A DNA stretch of 64,000 bases from Balanoglossus misakiensis (GCA_040954595.2 CM082583.2:4207374-4271373), one strand, 5' to 3'; positions 34,001 through 44,100 are shown, counted from the stretch's first letter. Notes: generated by a model from the letters alone, not told the origin. Program-made: numbers and translations.

Positions 34001-36788
34001 CCTGCCGATGCCAGACGTTGTGAGAGAAATGCATCGTTCATTCGGATGTTTCATTTTTTTACGGCCAGGTGCTGAATAATTTGCGTAATTTTATAACGGA
34101 TTTATTCATCTATCTTGACGTGTCATTATTTTTTTTCTATAGGCGAACGAAGGAAGATGTTCTCTATGCTTTCACCACTGTCTATAAATAACGTCAAAAA
34201 GGAGACGATTGCTTATGGAGATCCTGTAATACTTGTAGGCTGGAATGGTGTGGTGAGCCAATATGACGACTTCTGGGGCATTTTCTTCTCTAGCGAGAAT
34301 GTATTTGATAAAAAACATCTTAGATTCCAGTTCGTTAATGACTACAAGACAAACGGAATGCCTGTCATGTTTGGGGATGATATTATGATAGCTGAACTCC
34401 CTAGGGATGACGCTGAAAACACCCATACATTCTTGATGCAACCTCTTCCAGCTTACCTAACTGTACCAGCCGGTAAGTACCGTGGAGGGACACATGTGTT
34501 GGGGCAGGACCTGCCTACTCTTTTCGAAACAACTGAGATCCCTTATATTTCGTTCACGGGCTTGACTTTATTCTGTGTGTGCTATTTTGTTGTTGCCTGT
34601 GTTTCGCTGCGTTGTATATTAGTTCATTTTCTTGGAAGAGGGCGAGCACGGTAAAACAAATTCTAAGAACCTTGACAAAATGATATATTTATGTCAGGAG
34701 GGAGCAAAACTCCGAATGTGGCGAACATTATAAACAGCTGTCGATGTTCACAGACGAATCCACGAGTTCTCCCATAGTTCCTGACATGTGACAGTCTGTC
34801 GTCAATCACGTGCTGGGTCGAGTTGTATCGCAAGTAGGACATACAAGCAAATGACGTCATTTTCTTTCAAATCGGACACCAGAACTAAGCCTAACACATC
34901 GTAATTTTTTTCTGCTCTCAGACCAGGAACATTGGCGCATTAGGCTTCACAATTGTTTTTTGTTTTGTTTTTTTCTTAGAGGGATACGATCGATACACCG
35001 GCCATCAAATGCTTTTTGCAGCCATCTGCTTCATTGTACGCTGGTTTACCGAGCTGTGCTTTGACGATTCTACGATCGCCGTTCGATCCAAACCCTACGA
35101 CAGTGGCTCCACTAACGCTTACGTGTGGAACATCACAAAGGCTGACATCAGAGGTCTGATTCCCCAACCAAGCCCGACGCCTCTGTCAGGGCTGGAGACG
35201 GTCGACTTCGTAACATTAGAAGACCTGAAGAGTCTTTCTGTGAAGGTGAAATTTACACGACCCGTAAGGAGGAGGACTACCGTACCCGACACAGTGGCAG
35301 ATGAGGTAAGCCACGAATTTGCACCCATTTTGGTAGTCTGGTCCCCTGCCCCAAGTCCACCGCTGGCTGCGCTACGCTTTCCTTTAGCGTAGCGCAGCCA
35401 GCGGTGGGATTGGGGCAGGGGACCAGACTACCATTTTGGTTATACATGTACAATGTATTGAGCGTAGTTTTAGCATGTAGATATTTAATGTTTGGACAGC
35501 ATCCTATGTCAGTGCCCATCTTAGATGCTCCCCTGATTATGCAGAAAGCAAATGTCATAAAATTTGTTATACGTGTATAGCACTGTAGATCTAAGTGGGA
35601 TATGGTGAGTGTGACGTACTTTGACACTATGATGATCTGTCATTTAAACATTACATTAATTTGATTGATGAATTAATTGATTGATTGATTGGTTGATTGA
35701 TTTGTTGGTTGGTTGATTGATCGAGTGATTCATTGATTGATAACTTTGCTAACTTACATCTTACAATGAAAGAATTGCTTTTTTCTTCATTTACTATCTT
35801 TCTTTGCAGTCGCCCAATGTTGGTTCCTTACCTGGCTACGATGCACGAGAGCTGATCAGTAGTGATTTCAATATCCGGCTGAAACGGGGACAAACGCAAG
35901 AGTATTCCCCGGTACAGCAGTATTTTGTATATGGAGGACGAGAGACGATCGAATTTCAACTGAAAGTGGTTTTCCAGGTGAAAGTACAAGACGGCGACAC
36001 CATCCGACTAGATCTCTCTGACCAGGTAAAGTATAATTGCCATTGTCGTCGTTAGGATCATTGTCGTCTCATGTATAGAGTTTGCATTAAAACTAACTTG
36101 GCAACAGCATACGTATACAGTTGGCCAAATGTTAGCTCCGGTGTCCAGTATAACAGTGCCTTATTAACTAAGTCTAGAATAAATATAAATAGGCTCTTAC
36201 CCAATCACGAAAACTTTGTTTTTGGCCAGATAATTAGCTTCATTATGTAAGATAATCATTATTGGACCTGATCTGATGTCATCTTGACCTTCACAGATCG
36301 TAAGTGAAGACAGTGATGAGTTAGGTGGTGAATTGTTCGTGGAAGAGGATTTATATCTGGAGCCGTCGTTTACTGTTGAAATTGCGGATGCTTCTTCGCT
36401 CTTAACAAACGACGAGGAAGGCCTGAAGAACGACAACTTTACGCTCAGGGTGAACTTCAACAAGCCAGTGGTGAACAGCGAGAGAGAACTGCCCAAGATA
36501 TACGACTTCGAATTGCTCGACGTCTACAAGCAGCCCGTGAGTGGCATGATACTACGCGTCGAACAGGCTCGCACCGGCTGCAGCTCCGGGAACATACAGC
36601 CTTGCCCGACTGATTTCAACATCGTGGTGTCCACGTCGTTTCTCGACGGGCAGCGTAAGTTCTACTTTGACGTTGCGTCGGCCCGCTTGAAGTCGAAGAG
36701 CGACTTCACGTTTGTCAGTCAGCAACAAACACTAATTGATATCGATGAGGTGATCCAGGAATCCGAGCCCGACGAACCAGAGGCATAA
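10015..36788 (+). CDS. Giant secreted multidomain MACPF/perforin-like protein (~32 exons, ~2,350-2,380 aa)
   Basis: Exons: 10015-10273, 11783-11887, 12371-12691, 13309-13605, 14243-14406, 18642-18816, 19310-19357, 19619-19841, 20208-20482, 20934-21151, 21288-21429, 21578-21781, 22428-22719, 24315-24391, 24785-25116, 25530-25671, 26283-26469, 27072-27251, 27844-27933, 28333-28433, 28735-28904, 29595-30384, 30745-31016, 31521-31722, [31796-31878, 1 nt short], 32347-32514, 33428-33564, 33877-33994, 34143-34472, 34980-35305, 35810-36025, 36297-36788. All introns are GT-AG with matching phases; the frame is continuous except at the bracketed exon. Confidence 0.85.
11783..11887 (+). CDS. MACPF gene exon 2: EGF-like (stabilin-type)
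   Basis: CDCGLEMCDDGINGDGECHC...GNRCQ; cag| acceptor, |gtaagt donor. Confidence 0.85.
   Translation, partial: NVTVVWKCVTMGSTAMESAIVVTKNSMKEIVVST
11957..12262. repeat. (TACA)n/(CA)n microsatellite
   Basis: Directly visible, intronic. Confidence 0.98.
12371..12691 (+). CDS. MACPF gene exon 3: fibronectin type III domain 1
   Basis: PP.P.V...LITW...VVSYKVEYR...W...YIFRITAV; phase 1-1. Confidence 0.88.
13309..13605 (+). CDS. MACPF gene exon 4: fibronectin type III domain 2
   Basis: PQQPGNLRV...SITLAWDTP...GYIV...L...YRFRVAARNRLGIGPWS; phase 1-1. Confidence 0.92.
13800..14085. mobile_element. MITE, family A (TA-flanked)
   Basis: ta-agccaaataaaaaatat...atattttttttatttggcc-ta; homologous to 4836-5128. 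Confidence 0.8.
14243..14406 (+). CDS. MACPF gene exon 5: kringle N-half
   Basis: ECF....DYRGSQSETIDGYDCIKW; donor |gtaagc. Confidence 0.85.
14532..17885. mobile_element. Non-autonomous Helentron/HINE-like element (outer) containing a nested related element at ~16569-17830
   Basis: Start agctgcaagcagc followed by aggggcccaagc; terminal hairpin aggggaccaagcgcc-tgag-ggcgcttggtcccct plus AAAAA; degenerate tandem core units inside. Confidence 0.65.
16569..17830. mobile_element. Nested Helentron/HINE-like element (inner) with ~215-238-bp tandem cores
   Basis: Start agctgcaagcagc...gggcacaagc (16591-16600); end hairpin tagggcacaagcc-tgctt-ggcttgtgcccta plus A-run; cores match 60124-61090. Confidence 0.7.
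18642..18816 (+). CDS. MACPF gene exon 6: kringle C-half
   Basis: GIGEHNFCRNPRGVAERAWCY...ECDV. Absent from the ORF track. Confidence 0.88.
18847..18966. mobile_element. Short TAG...CTA-terminated MITE, family C (inverted copy at 41059-41199)
   Basis: TIR tagattctctcacagccc / gggctgtgagagagtcta. Confidence 0.75.
19310..20482 (+). CDS. MACPF gene exons 7-9 (19310-19357, 19619-19841, 20208-20482): linker plus PAN/apple domain 1
   Basis: DADVCYHECIQS-DGCEAFAYS...LCTLF PAN cysteine pattern; splice phases 1,1,2,1 are consistent. Confidence 0.78.
20934..21781 (+). CDS. MACPF gene exons 10-12 (20934-21151, 21288-21429, 21578-21781): PLAT/LH2-like beta-sandwich, Cys-rich linker, furin site RQRR
   Basis: YTINITIS...SG..ISIIIIG...NVGFITTLKV...VEQIFI resembles PLAT; RQRR at 21757-21768. 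Confidence 0.7.
21900..22290. repeat. Compound microsatellite (TCTG)n-(TATG)n
   Basis: Directly visible. Confidence 0.98.
22428..24391 (+). CDS. MACPF gene exons 13-14 (22428-22719, 24315-24391): C-type lectin domain
   Basis: KTWHDAVDTC...LVKI...FWING...WEAGEPN...CLQL...FDDDSCSQKKKFICQ. Confidence 0.9.
23341..23483. repeat. ~143-bp near-perfect palindrome (probable non-autonomous DNA element)
   Basis: agcaataaaacacccccagccatggtataccac...gtggtataccatggctgggggtgttttattgct; centre gcactcgctatcgctcgtgc. Confidence 0.85.
24785..25671 (+). CDS. MACPF gene exons 15-16 (24785-25116, 25530-25671): DNRLRE/CBM96-like domain
   Basis: AMLDFNI...IVEEVILAL...ISEPWTRTAVSGVNIP...IEVVSESLRKW...YGVMIRA...RPRMKLKV. 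Exon 15 needs the AAG acceptor at 24782-24784 to stay in frame. The exons are well supported; the domain name is inferred. Confidence 0.7.
26283..28433 (+). CDS. MACPF gene exons 17-20 (26283-26469, 27072-27251, 27844-27933, 28333-28433): three ADAMTS-type TSP1 repeats (middle one degenerate)
   Basis: YKWLVGPWSEC...CAGGLQSRKVSC; YDWEMTDWSECSDDCGGGYVARSADC...VDDKKC...KP...C. Confidence 0.88.
28735..28904 (+). CDS. MACPF gene exon 21: helical linker
   Basis: cag|gt tgt gac...cta cag|gtaaac; open, phase 1-0. Confidence 0.8.
28940..29297. mobile_element. TTAA-flanked MITE with long TIRs (Kolobok-like termini)
   Basis: ttaa-agggacaaagtctctctctcgctgcccattttcca...tggaaaatgggcagcgagagggagactttgtccct-ttaa. 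Confidence 0.85.
29595..30384 (+). CDS. MACPF gene exon 22: MACPF domain core
   Basis: YLGRGYDIFFGNP, EFREAVSKLP, YDEFIAAFGTHY-x6-GG signature; donor G|gtacgt. Confidence 0.95.
30745..31722 (+). CDS. MACPF gene exons 23-24 (30745-31016, 31521-31722): end of the MACPF domain and start of the C-terminal region
   Basis: FFLGG...WSSTVFDNPVPIRYKLSTVLDLI...LQSRYQSYC, typical of the MACPF C-terminal part. Confidence 0.9.
31796..31878 (+). CDS. MACPF gene putative exon 25 (83 nt, 1 nt short of frame)
   Basis: tgcag| acceptor and G|gtgagt donor; adding one A to the run at 31811-31813 gives ALLLSENNADPCVPFAENTFPYGDIGCD. Confidence 0.5.
31985..32078 (-). mobile_element. Fragment of a tRNA-derived SINE core
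   Basis: ccaggtacccattactcctgggtggagaga resembles, in reverse complement, a conserved central block of invertebrate SINE2 families (recalled, not searched). Confidence 0.4.
32347..34472 (+). CDS. MACPF gene exons 26-29 (32347-32514, 33428-33564, 33877-33994, 34143-34472): PAN/apple domain 2 and beta-trefoil-like repeats
   Basis: MSQDVCEERCKQRSNCKA...FCILF (PAN); IAYGDPVIL and VMFGDDIMI repeats; phases are consistent. Confidence 0.75.
34980..36788 (+). CDS. MACPF gene exons 30-32 (34980-35305, 35810-36025, 36297-36788): C-terminal Ig-like repeats, acidic tail, stop
   Basis: SVKVKFTRPV...DFNI and FTLRVNFNKPV...DFEL; canonical splice sites; TAA 36786-36788. Confidence 0.8.
35334..35430. mobile_element. 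97-bp hairpin MITE with 9-bp TSD
   Basis: ccattttgg|tagtctggtcccctgcccca...tggggcaggggaccagacta|ccattttgg; a related half-copy lies near 48091-48134. Confidence 0.88.
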
Positions 36789-37179
36789 AGTCCGTCGGAC
36801 ATGATACACTCTGCTGCTGGAGAAATATAACAACAATTTATAAGTGACGCTGATTATTGGTCACGTGTTTTAGCCTAATTTTCTATTATACTCTGTTCAT
36901 ATGTAGCAGCGATGAATCACTTCGCCGTAGCTATTTTTCTTTGTCTGTATAAGTAAACTTAGTAACAGTTTGAACGTTATCCTTGAGTTGATTTCTCATC
37001 TTTGGGTTACGAATGTTTTATGCATTCATTCCGACCGAACTTCTACTGAAATACGTATACTATTCCTGCGTACTAATTTTCATTGAAAGTAGTCCATGTG
37101 TTGACAGGCCAGAGATGTCTGTGTTTCTGTATCTTGACTTTCAGATTGACTGCATTGTATTGTTAGATTTATACTTGAC

Positions 37180-37185
37180 AATAAA
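37180..37185 (+). terminator. Candidate polyadenylation signal of the MACPF gene
   Basis: AATAAA about 390 bp after the stop. Confidence 0.55.
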
Positions 37186-37302
37186 CATTTACAAACAATA
37201 ACACCCTGATACCAAATGACGGGTCATTTTCATCAACATGTGTTGGGCAAATCTTAGCTGTGGCAGTGCAGCATTAAAGATATACAGGTATAAAGGTATA
37301 GA

Positions 37303-37540
37303 CATTCAGACAGACAAAATCATTCAATGTCAAACTCTAGGCATACATAAACATTAAACGGTCTCTTTCCACAAACTGGAGTCTTGATTATACACTACAA
37401 CGTTATTTTAATATATGAATAACATGAACAGTCAGTCAGATAGAATCATTTAATGTCAAACACTATGCAGATATAATCATAAAACAGACTCTTTTAACAA
37501 ACAGAAGGCCTAATCAAACACTACAACGTCATTCTAACAT
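37303..37540. repeat. Diverged 2x ~126-bp tandem duplication between the converging 3' ends
   Basis: aatcatt.aatgtcaaac.cta.gca.a.ataa.cat.aaac.g.ctcttt...acactacaacgt.att.taa.at occurs twice. Confidence 0.7.
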
Positions 37541-37573
37541 AGAAGTAACGTAATGTTATATGTTGGTATATGC

Positions 37574-39121
37574 CTACAATTCATCGCGGTCGGGGAGATA
37601 GTATTTGCAGTAGTAGTAATGAGTATCTTCGTGGCGTCTGTAAGAGCAGTACAGAATATCAGCAGAAAGGGTGATATCTCCTGGAGGATTCCAGTACATT
37701 TCCTTAGACAATCGCTCAGGACATTTCTGTAAGGGGATCATTAGTGTAAATTAATTATTCGAAAATTCACGATGCTTCAAGCACTGTCAATGAAGTATAC
37801 TGAAGCACACCTGACGGAAAGCCAAATGTTCACATTTTCGATGTAAACCAGTGTGTGAAAGTTCGACAACTCACTGTAGTAAGAGATAGAAGAAATGATA
37901 AGTTGACTGTATTTCATGACTTTCTTTGGTCAAAAATTTCTGTCTTGGTAGCTAGCATATTAAACTCATTCAACGTTTTTCACATTTTGTTATTTTTTCA
38001 GAATGACCGAATATCACTTTAGCTTATGAACTTCCATTTCTTAAACATGGCAAAAATCGGCCATCTTGAAATTGTGTCGACCATATGAGATTTTCATTAC
38101 TCACTTAGGTAGCTTAAAACCTATTTAAGGTGAGGAGAATTCTCGCTGCCTTAAATAGGTTTTCACTTGTTGCTAGGGGGTCAGAATTCTATTCGAGGCA
38201 GCGAGAATTATGTGTGGGTATCAACTGGAACTCAACCTGTCTGTCTAAGTCACCAAATAAGTGGACCATTAAAGCTAAAAGCACTCGGATTTTCCGTTCC
38301 CGCCCTTTCTTTGATGTGTATAGTAGTGTTCTGGAAGGCAGATGGTGCAGGCAACAGAGGACGCCATCGCAATAGAACATGCGTTTTACTTACAGGCATT
38401 TCCTTGCTGATCGCTACAAGAATGTTGTTGGAATATAATTCAACTGTCCCGTTAAAACATTCATTCGCCCACACTCCATCGAGTTTTGCGCCCTGCAACA
38501 AATCAAGGTTAGGAAACAAACCACTGTTACTGATTACATTCATGTCCGTCGACGTAGACGTTTTCTTGCTCCCAGTCTTGGAAACATTCGGGGAACGTAA
38601 ACAACAAGCAAAATACATAAGACAGAGATGGAGTAGACACATTGACAAAGTCGTACAGGAAATTAAACAATTAATTGTACCGCGCCACAAACAATGTTGA
38701 AAAGTGTCCAATTAAACTTCCAGAAAAAAATTAAAGTGCTCCATAAACCCATATTCGGGAACTGGAAAACGCAATAAGATTCGACGTCGACACAATGTAG
38801 GGCGATGCTTACAAGGTTTGCTGTTTCCAATTTGTCCCTCACCACATTCACCGTTCGAAATGACTTAGTTGGTCCGATGAATTCCCCAACAACCTTGAAG
38901 ACGGGGTACGTTTTGATCGGTGATTCATTCTCCACAATGCCCGGTATGTCCATCAGTTCGTCGAAGCACGCAACGTTTTGGGTGCCGACTATATTGATTA
39001 CAGCATCGTCGTACATTCGCAAATCAGCTGATCCACACACCCATTCGCTTGAGTGGTACGGGTGTTTGACACTAGCACTCACGACTGACAAAAAGAGTGA
39101 TATACGCCACAGCCACTTCAT
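37574..39121 (-). CDS. Uncharacterised ~230-aa signal-peptide protein with NtA/TIMP-like pattern and C-terminal RDEL
   Basis: Exons 39121-38681 (147 aa, cag|ATG, donor |gtacaa), 38492-38394 (33 aa; branch cctaac, ttgcag|, |gtaagt) and 37726-37574 (50 aa plus TAG; ttacag|), all phase 0. Starts MKWLWRISLFLSVVSA and ends YYLPDRDEL*. Confidence 0.72.
37864..38209. mobile_element. MITE family B: truncated copy joined to a 72-bp internally deleted copy
   Basis: 37864-38141 matches 5464-5745; 38138-38209 is aattctcgctgcct...aggcagcgagaatt. Confidence 0.72.
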
Positions 39122-41058
39122 CTGCCGGTAGAAATGTTAACACTTTTATAAAAAATGGCACCGTCGAGTGTTACATTGCATTTGTTAGCTGCATGGGTTT
39201 GTATTTGTGATCGATAATTGCTATGATATTTTTTTGGTATAATTCACCTATTTGATCGCTTTCATTCTGTTCGCTACTGCAACAGTTATTGTGTGGTTAA
39301 TTAAAATCTTGAAAATGCGTCTTTAAGGGAATGTACGTTGCTTTAACATTTATAACCACTTAAAGTTTTTTATCAAAATCCGCTCGAAATTCTCATTTTA
39401 CCTCAAAATGAGGACTGATTGAATTAACACTGCAATAATGTTCAGCTGGGAATAATGCAAGTTTGATACCGCCCACACTCTGAAACGCTGTTGTAATCCA
39501 TTTTATACTCACCCTTTGGTGTTCGCTCGGTAAAATAACAGCAACTGTCCACCACCTAAAAGATGTATTGTAAGTCCAAACAGTATGATAGTTTGGTTTT
39601 GTGCCTCGTGGTATATTCTTACACATGCAGATGATTCGAACATGTTACAAGCTGAAAATAGCCTTCTTTGGCGGAAAGGATGGAGATATTCTATTTTGAT
39701 AATTTGCATCTGTAATGGGATTCCAAAGAGAAATCCTGGTGGGTCTATCGGTAGCACTTGAAAGCACGAAGAAAAACCTGACCACGGAAAGAAAACTTCT
39801 GAACACGAGTCATATTTGTGCAAGGATAAGTAGCAATGTCTCGTAGATGTTTTTATCCAATGTCATAGTTTATTCATAAAAGAAAACCTAGAGTCTTCTA
39901 AGCATCCTTCTATTGCCACAAGGGGGGTGTTCTCTTTTGGTCATTCCGGGGTGCTGTATAAGGACCATCTTTTCACAGCAAAGTACGGTAACGACAAGTT
40001 TCCTAAATCCACGTTTATAACACAAATAACTTCGTTATTGTTCTGAGTCCATATTTAATTAATCGAAATCCATTAAATGTTCGATATTATTTTTGCATTG
40101 AATTTAAAATGTAAGATGACCCCTGTCATTATTTTTAAATCAATACATTCATGTCAGTTTGACTGTGAGTTGTCTCGACTTATTGGTCTCCACACCTGTA
40201 CAGTCAACCTAAAGGTTTTAATGAAGACCTTTTGACGTGTATGTAGAACTTTCACACACTATTGAGTTATTTCTAACATATATTTTACCAACCCGTTCTA
40301 ATCGCATATCGTACATGTATTGTTTCAATTCGGGTATTGTAACATGCACCAAAACGCCTATATTAGTCCACAAGCTGAAAATAGCGGCCTCCCTGTGGTG
40401 GTTAGTTGGTAGGTGTGCATGTCCTAATAATTTGCGCCTGCTATGGTTTGGTGACACAAAATTCCTGGGAATCTTTGTGCAGGACGATGTTGAAATGCAA
40501 AACAAACTGACCACAAGAAAGGGATCCCAGGTACATTTGGAGTTCTATTAAAATTATAGTCTTCGTGTGATTAAAAAATGTGCTACAGGAGGACAATTAA
40601 GGATATTTCCATTGAAAGCTATAAAAGAGAAAAAAAATATAAAATAGTCAGACGCCCGTGCTTCTATTATAGGAAGCACGGTTATTTTAGTTTGTGGAAT
40701 ATTTAACATGGCTATCTTCATCTGTTTTTCTTTTCATTTAAAATGCCACGTCACATGGTGCTCTTTAGTCAAATTAAATGTCTGAACTTTGACCTCTCTT
40801 TGTTTCGGTTTTTCATTGCCAAGTAAGTCAGCAGAAAAAAAACGCATTTCAGTAATATGAGATAATATGCAATTTATGGAAGTATTTTCTAAAAACTAAT
40901 TTATTGTTTTATTATTGTATATAAACGCAAATTTTGTTGGTGTAAATATAGGGGGATGAGGAGCCGAAATACGCCTGCATCAGTACTGTGTGTCTATGTC
41001 AGGCCATAGCCTGACGTTCACCCTAGCATTGAACTTGGAAATGTATGTGGTCGTGGAT

Positions 41059-41199
41059 TAGACTCTCTCACAACCCCTCTCGCCGTCCATATGCAGGCTT
41101 ATGGTCTGACAACACCATATGGAGCTTCTCATTTGCTAAACGGTTGAGGGCGCGTCAGAGAAGAGCCTTGTAGCGAACCGTGGGCTGTGAGAGAGTCTG
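41059..41199. mobile_element. MITE family C with 9-bp TSD
   Basis: gtcgtggat|tagactctctcacaaccc...gggctgtgagagagtctg|gtcgtggat; reverse complement of 18847-18966. Confidence 0.85.
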
Positions 41200-44100
41200 G
41201 TCGTGGATAAGCCAGGGCCCCATGCACGGACTGTCTCAAAAAGACAGAAAAACGAAAGAACTAAAAAACAAAAGGAAAAGAGTCGAGGAATATTGCTTTT
41301 CCACTGATAGCTTTGCATGGCGTTACTGCTACGACAATTGTGAAGAACGTGATCAAAATGGCGTCCTCGAGAAACACATCATCACAGATCTGGACGCGGT
41401 CACTCAGTGGAATGCCCGTGACCAGAAGAATTTTCTTTGGTGCGTGATAATCCATACATTCCGGTTGAAATGCTGCCCGGATAAACGGAAGCCTCGTGAA
41501 TAACAGCTCCTGTCGTATACATTACACGCATCTCAGCAGCACAGTTTATTTAAAGATTATTAACAGACGACAAATACGTAATACATAGACGAAGTCTACA
41601 GGCAAAAGAATACAGTGTTTGCACACAGGTCCACTTCTCTCTCACGCGATATGTCTGCACCGATTCTATCCATTGAAATCACAGACTTCCTGTGTTTTTT
41701 TTGTGACAATGTAATAATGGTTTTATTTGAAGAAATCGAAATCGACCGCATATCGTTCAATACTGTTTTCAACAGTCAGAGTGTCGATACTATATTTTTT
41801 GCTTCCCTCAACATTCATAATCAATTGAGCAACAGCAACATGGCGACATATTAAAACGTAACTATAGAGTTATTTTGACTTGTTCGCCCGTGTTTTAAAA
41901 TTCAACTTACTTTGGGATAGAAATGCATTTGCAGTGGAGGTATTGTAGCGGTCAATATGTCCTTCGTGAAAGCAAAATAAATCAATGGTGAGATATAGGG
42001 ATAACTCGGTATGATTCGAAACTAAAAGCACCCTGACTTTAATGACCTTGACCTGGGCTGACCTGTTGTCACTCTGTGTCGTGAGAACGATTGTGTTGCC
42101 ATCAGCAAGACGAGAAATTGCAAGTCCCACTGATGTAAAACGCATTATTGATACTAACTAGGCTATAAATGCATAGTGATAATTCTTCCACGTCAGGGAA
42201 AGCACAACAGGGAGGGTAACCTAGTGTCTGGATGGCATTCGGTACGATGATATGGCCCTCAATTGGAGTATACATTACATTCACGCAAGCATTGGTTAGA
42301 CATGCATTCCAGTAGTTATATTGAAGGGCCAGTCTGTAACCTATGTCAATTTTCTAGTGTTTTTGTTTTGTGTATTAATTGTGTTTTCTTGTTCCCTTCC
42401 CCACAGTTTCCCAACACAGCAGGTATCCTGCTTGTCAACAAGTCGAGTATGTATTGTGTACCGATCATTGTTATTGTTGACAAACACATTCAGTCTGGAC
42501 TTGAATAAAATTGTAAACAATCACAATGTCGATTGTGCACACATGGGCTATGTTGAGAAGATTCCTGAATTTAACCCTGCCTTACAGACACACTTGGTCA
42601 AAGTTACAAAAAAGTTACAGATAGTGGATCTTAAGATGTCTCGCACGAAATATCAAATACCGACAATAAAACTTCTTTTGATAAAAAAACAGTTATTCAA
42701 AACTTCCAGATTGTGTCTCATGAATGGGTACACCAGTCATTGCTTTCCTTCACCCATTCATTCAAAGAAAGAAAACGGCATTCTCTTGTGCGTTGAAGGA
42801 GCCATGTGGCTGACAGGACAATTAATACTGTAATGTCTATTGTGAAAAGCTCCGCCACTCGATTTGTCCGGAGAGCTATTAGTCTCTGCGCACTCATTGC
42901 TGAACTTCAATTTGCGTCTGCACTTAATTCAGTTGTCAACCAGTGTACAATGCCAATGAACAATGCACAATACCCACGTTTCTGCTCTCGTGACAAATCT
43001 CAAACCTGGAGTGTCACAAAACACCGGCGGTATCGCAATCTTCAAGAAGTGGAACACGAATCTGTAGTTGATACACAGAACGAAAGTGATAAAACAGTGC
43101 CAAAAATTACAGCTACCGTCCTTTTCACCCACCATACACCTTTATTTTAAGAGTTATCAACGTGAATTTGAATAATTTGCACCGTAAAACCCATTCTTGG
43201 CACGTCAAAACAGACTGTCTGGTAGGAGTCAAAGGTCAACTTTCATCGTCATTCAAACAGGCACCCCCATGCTCGTGAGCGTATCCTTGACAAAACCTCG
43301 ACATTATCATGGCAGTATTTCTTATTGTGTCGAGAATGGTGGGATTTTGTCAACGCATAAAAGAAACATACACTGTGTATTTTGTACAGAGTTAATAAAA
43401 CAACATTGTATTTTACATCAAGCTTCTTGGGGTCTCCAAAGCAAGTTCAATCCGCACAGCGGGAAGGAGTCTGGTGTTCCAAAGCCACTGATTGCTGGTA
43501 CGGGTGTGATGCCGTACAATGCCCAGCAACCGGAGGGGGAAAAGCGAACAATGTTTCCACGACCCAATTTCAAAAGCAGCAGCCGTGTTCTTGTCAATAA
43601 CGCTGTCTACCGTTAGGGTGTTACCAAACAGAAGTTTTGTTTACACGTCTATCAGTCGAGACTTCTACACATCTGGTCAAAGGCGGACTTTTTCTCCAAT
43701 TTCGCGGTTGAAAAGTTTGATTTCACGGAGCAGACAGTTGGTATGGCAACCCGGCGTGAAAATCATTAGGCACAAAATAATTACTTGTTGTTATCTATAA
43801 GTTATAACGCAGGACTGGTCAGTCTGTCGACACCAAGCGTTGCACCCGACACAGGAACACAGAAAGTGGGAGCATGGCAGTACAGCTGTTCGGGGCACGG
43901 TTCATTGCCTCTCTTGTAAATATGCAAGAACTGTGTTCCGATAAATCCTGTACTGTACTCAGCTTGAAGGTAACTATGGCAACAGACGCATAAGGCAAAC
44001 CTTGTTGAAGGCTACTGGCTAAATACTAGTAGTTTATTGTAAGCCACCAAGCACCGCCTGTGGACATCCATTTGGGACACTCTAATTTGGGCTCCCGTTG

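Noticed and set aside
38167-38700. 177-aa + strand ORF, and a frameshifted-gene reading of minus ORFs 38663-39121 and 38250-38711
   Set aside because: The + ORF starts inside a MITE and has no recognisable motif; the minus ORFs are better explained by splicing of the 3-exon RDEL gene.
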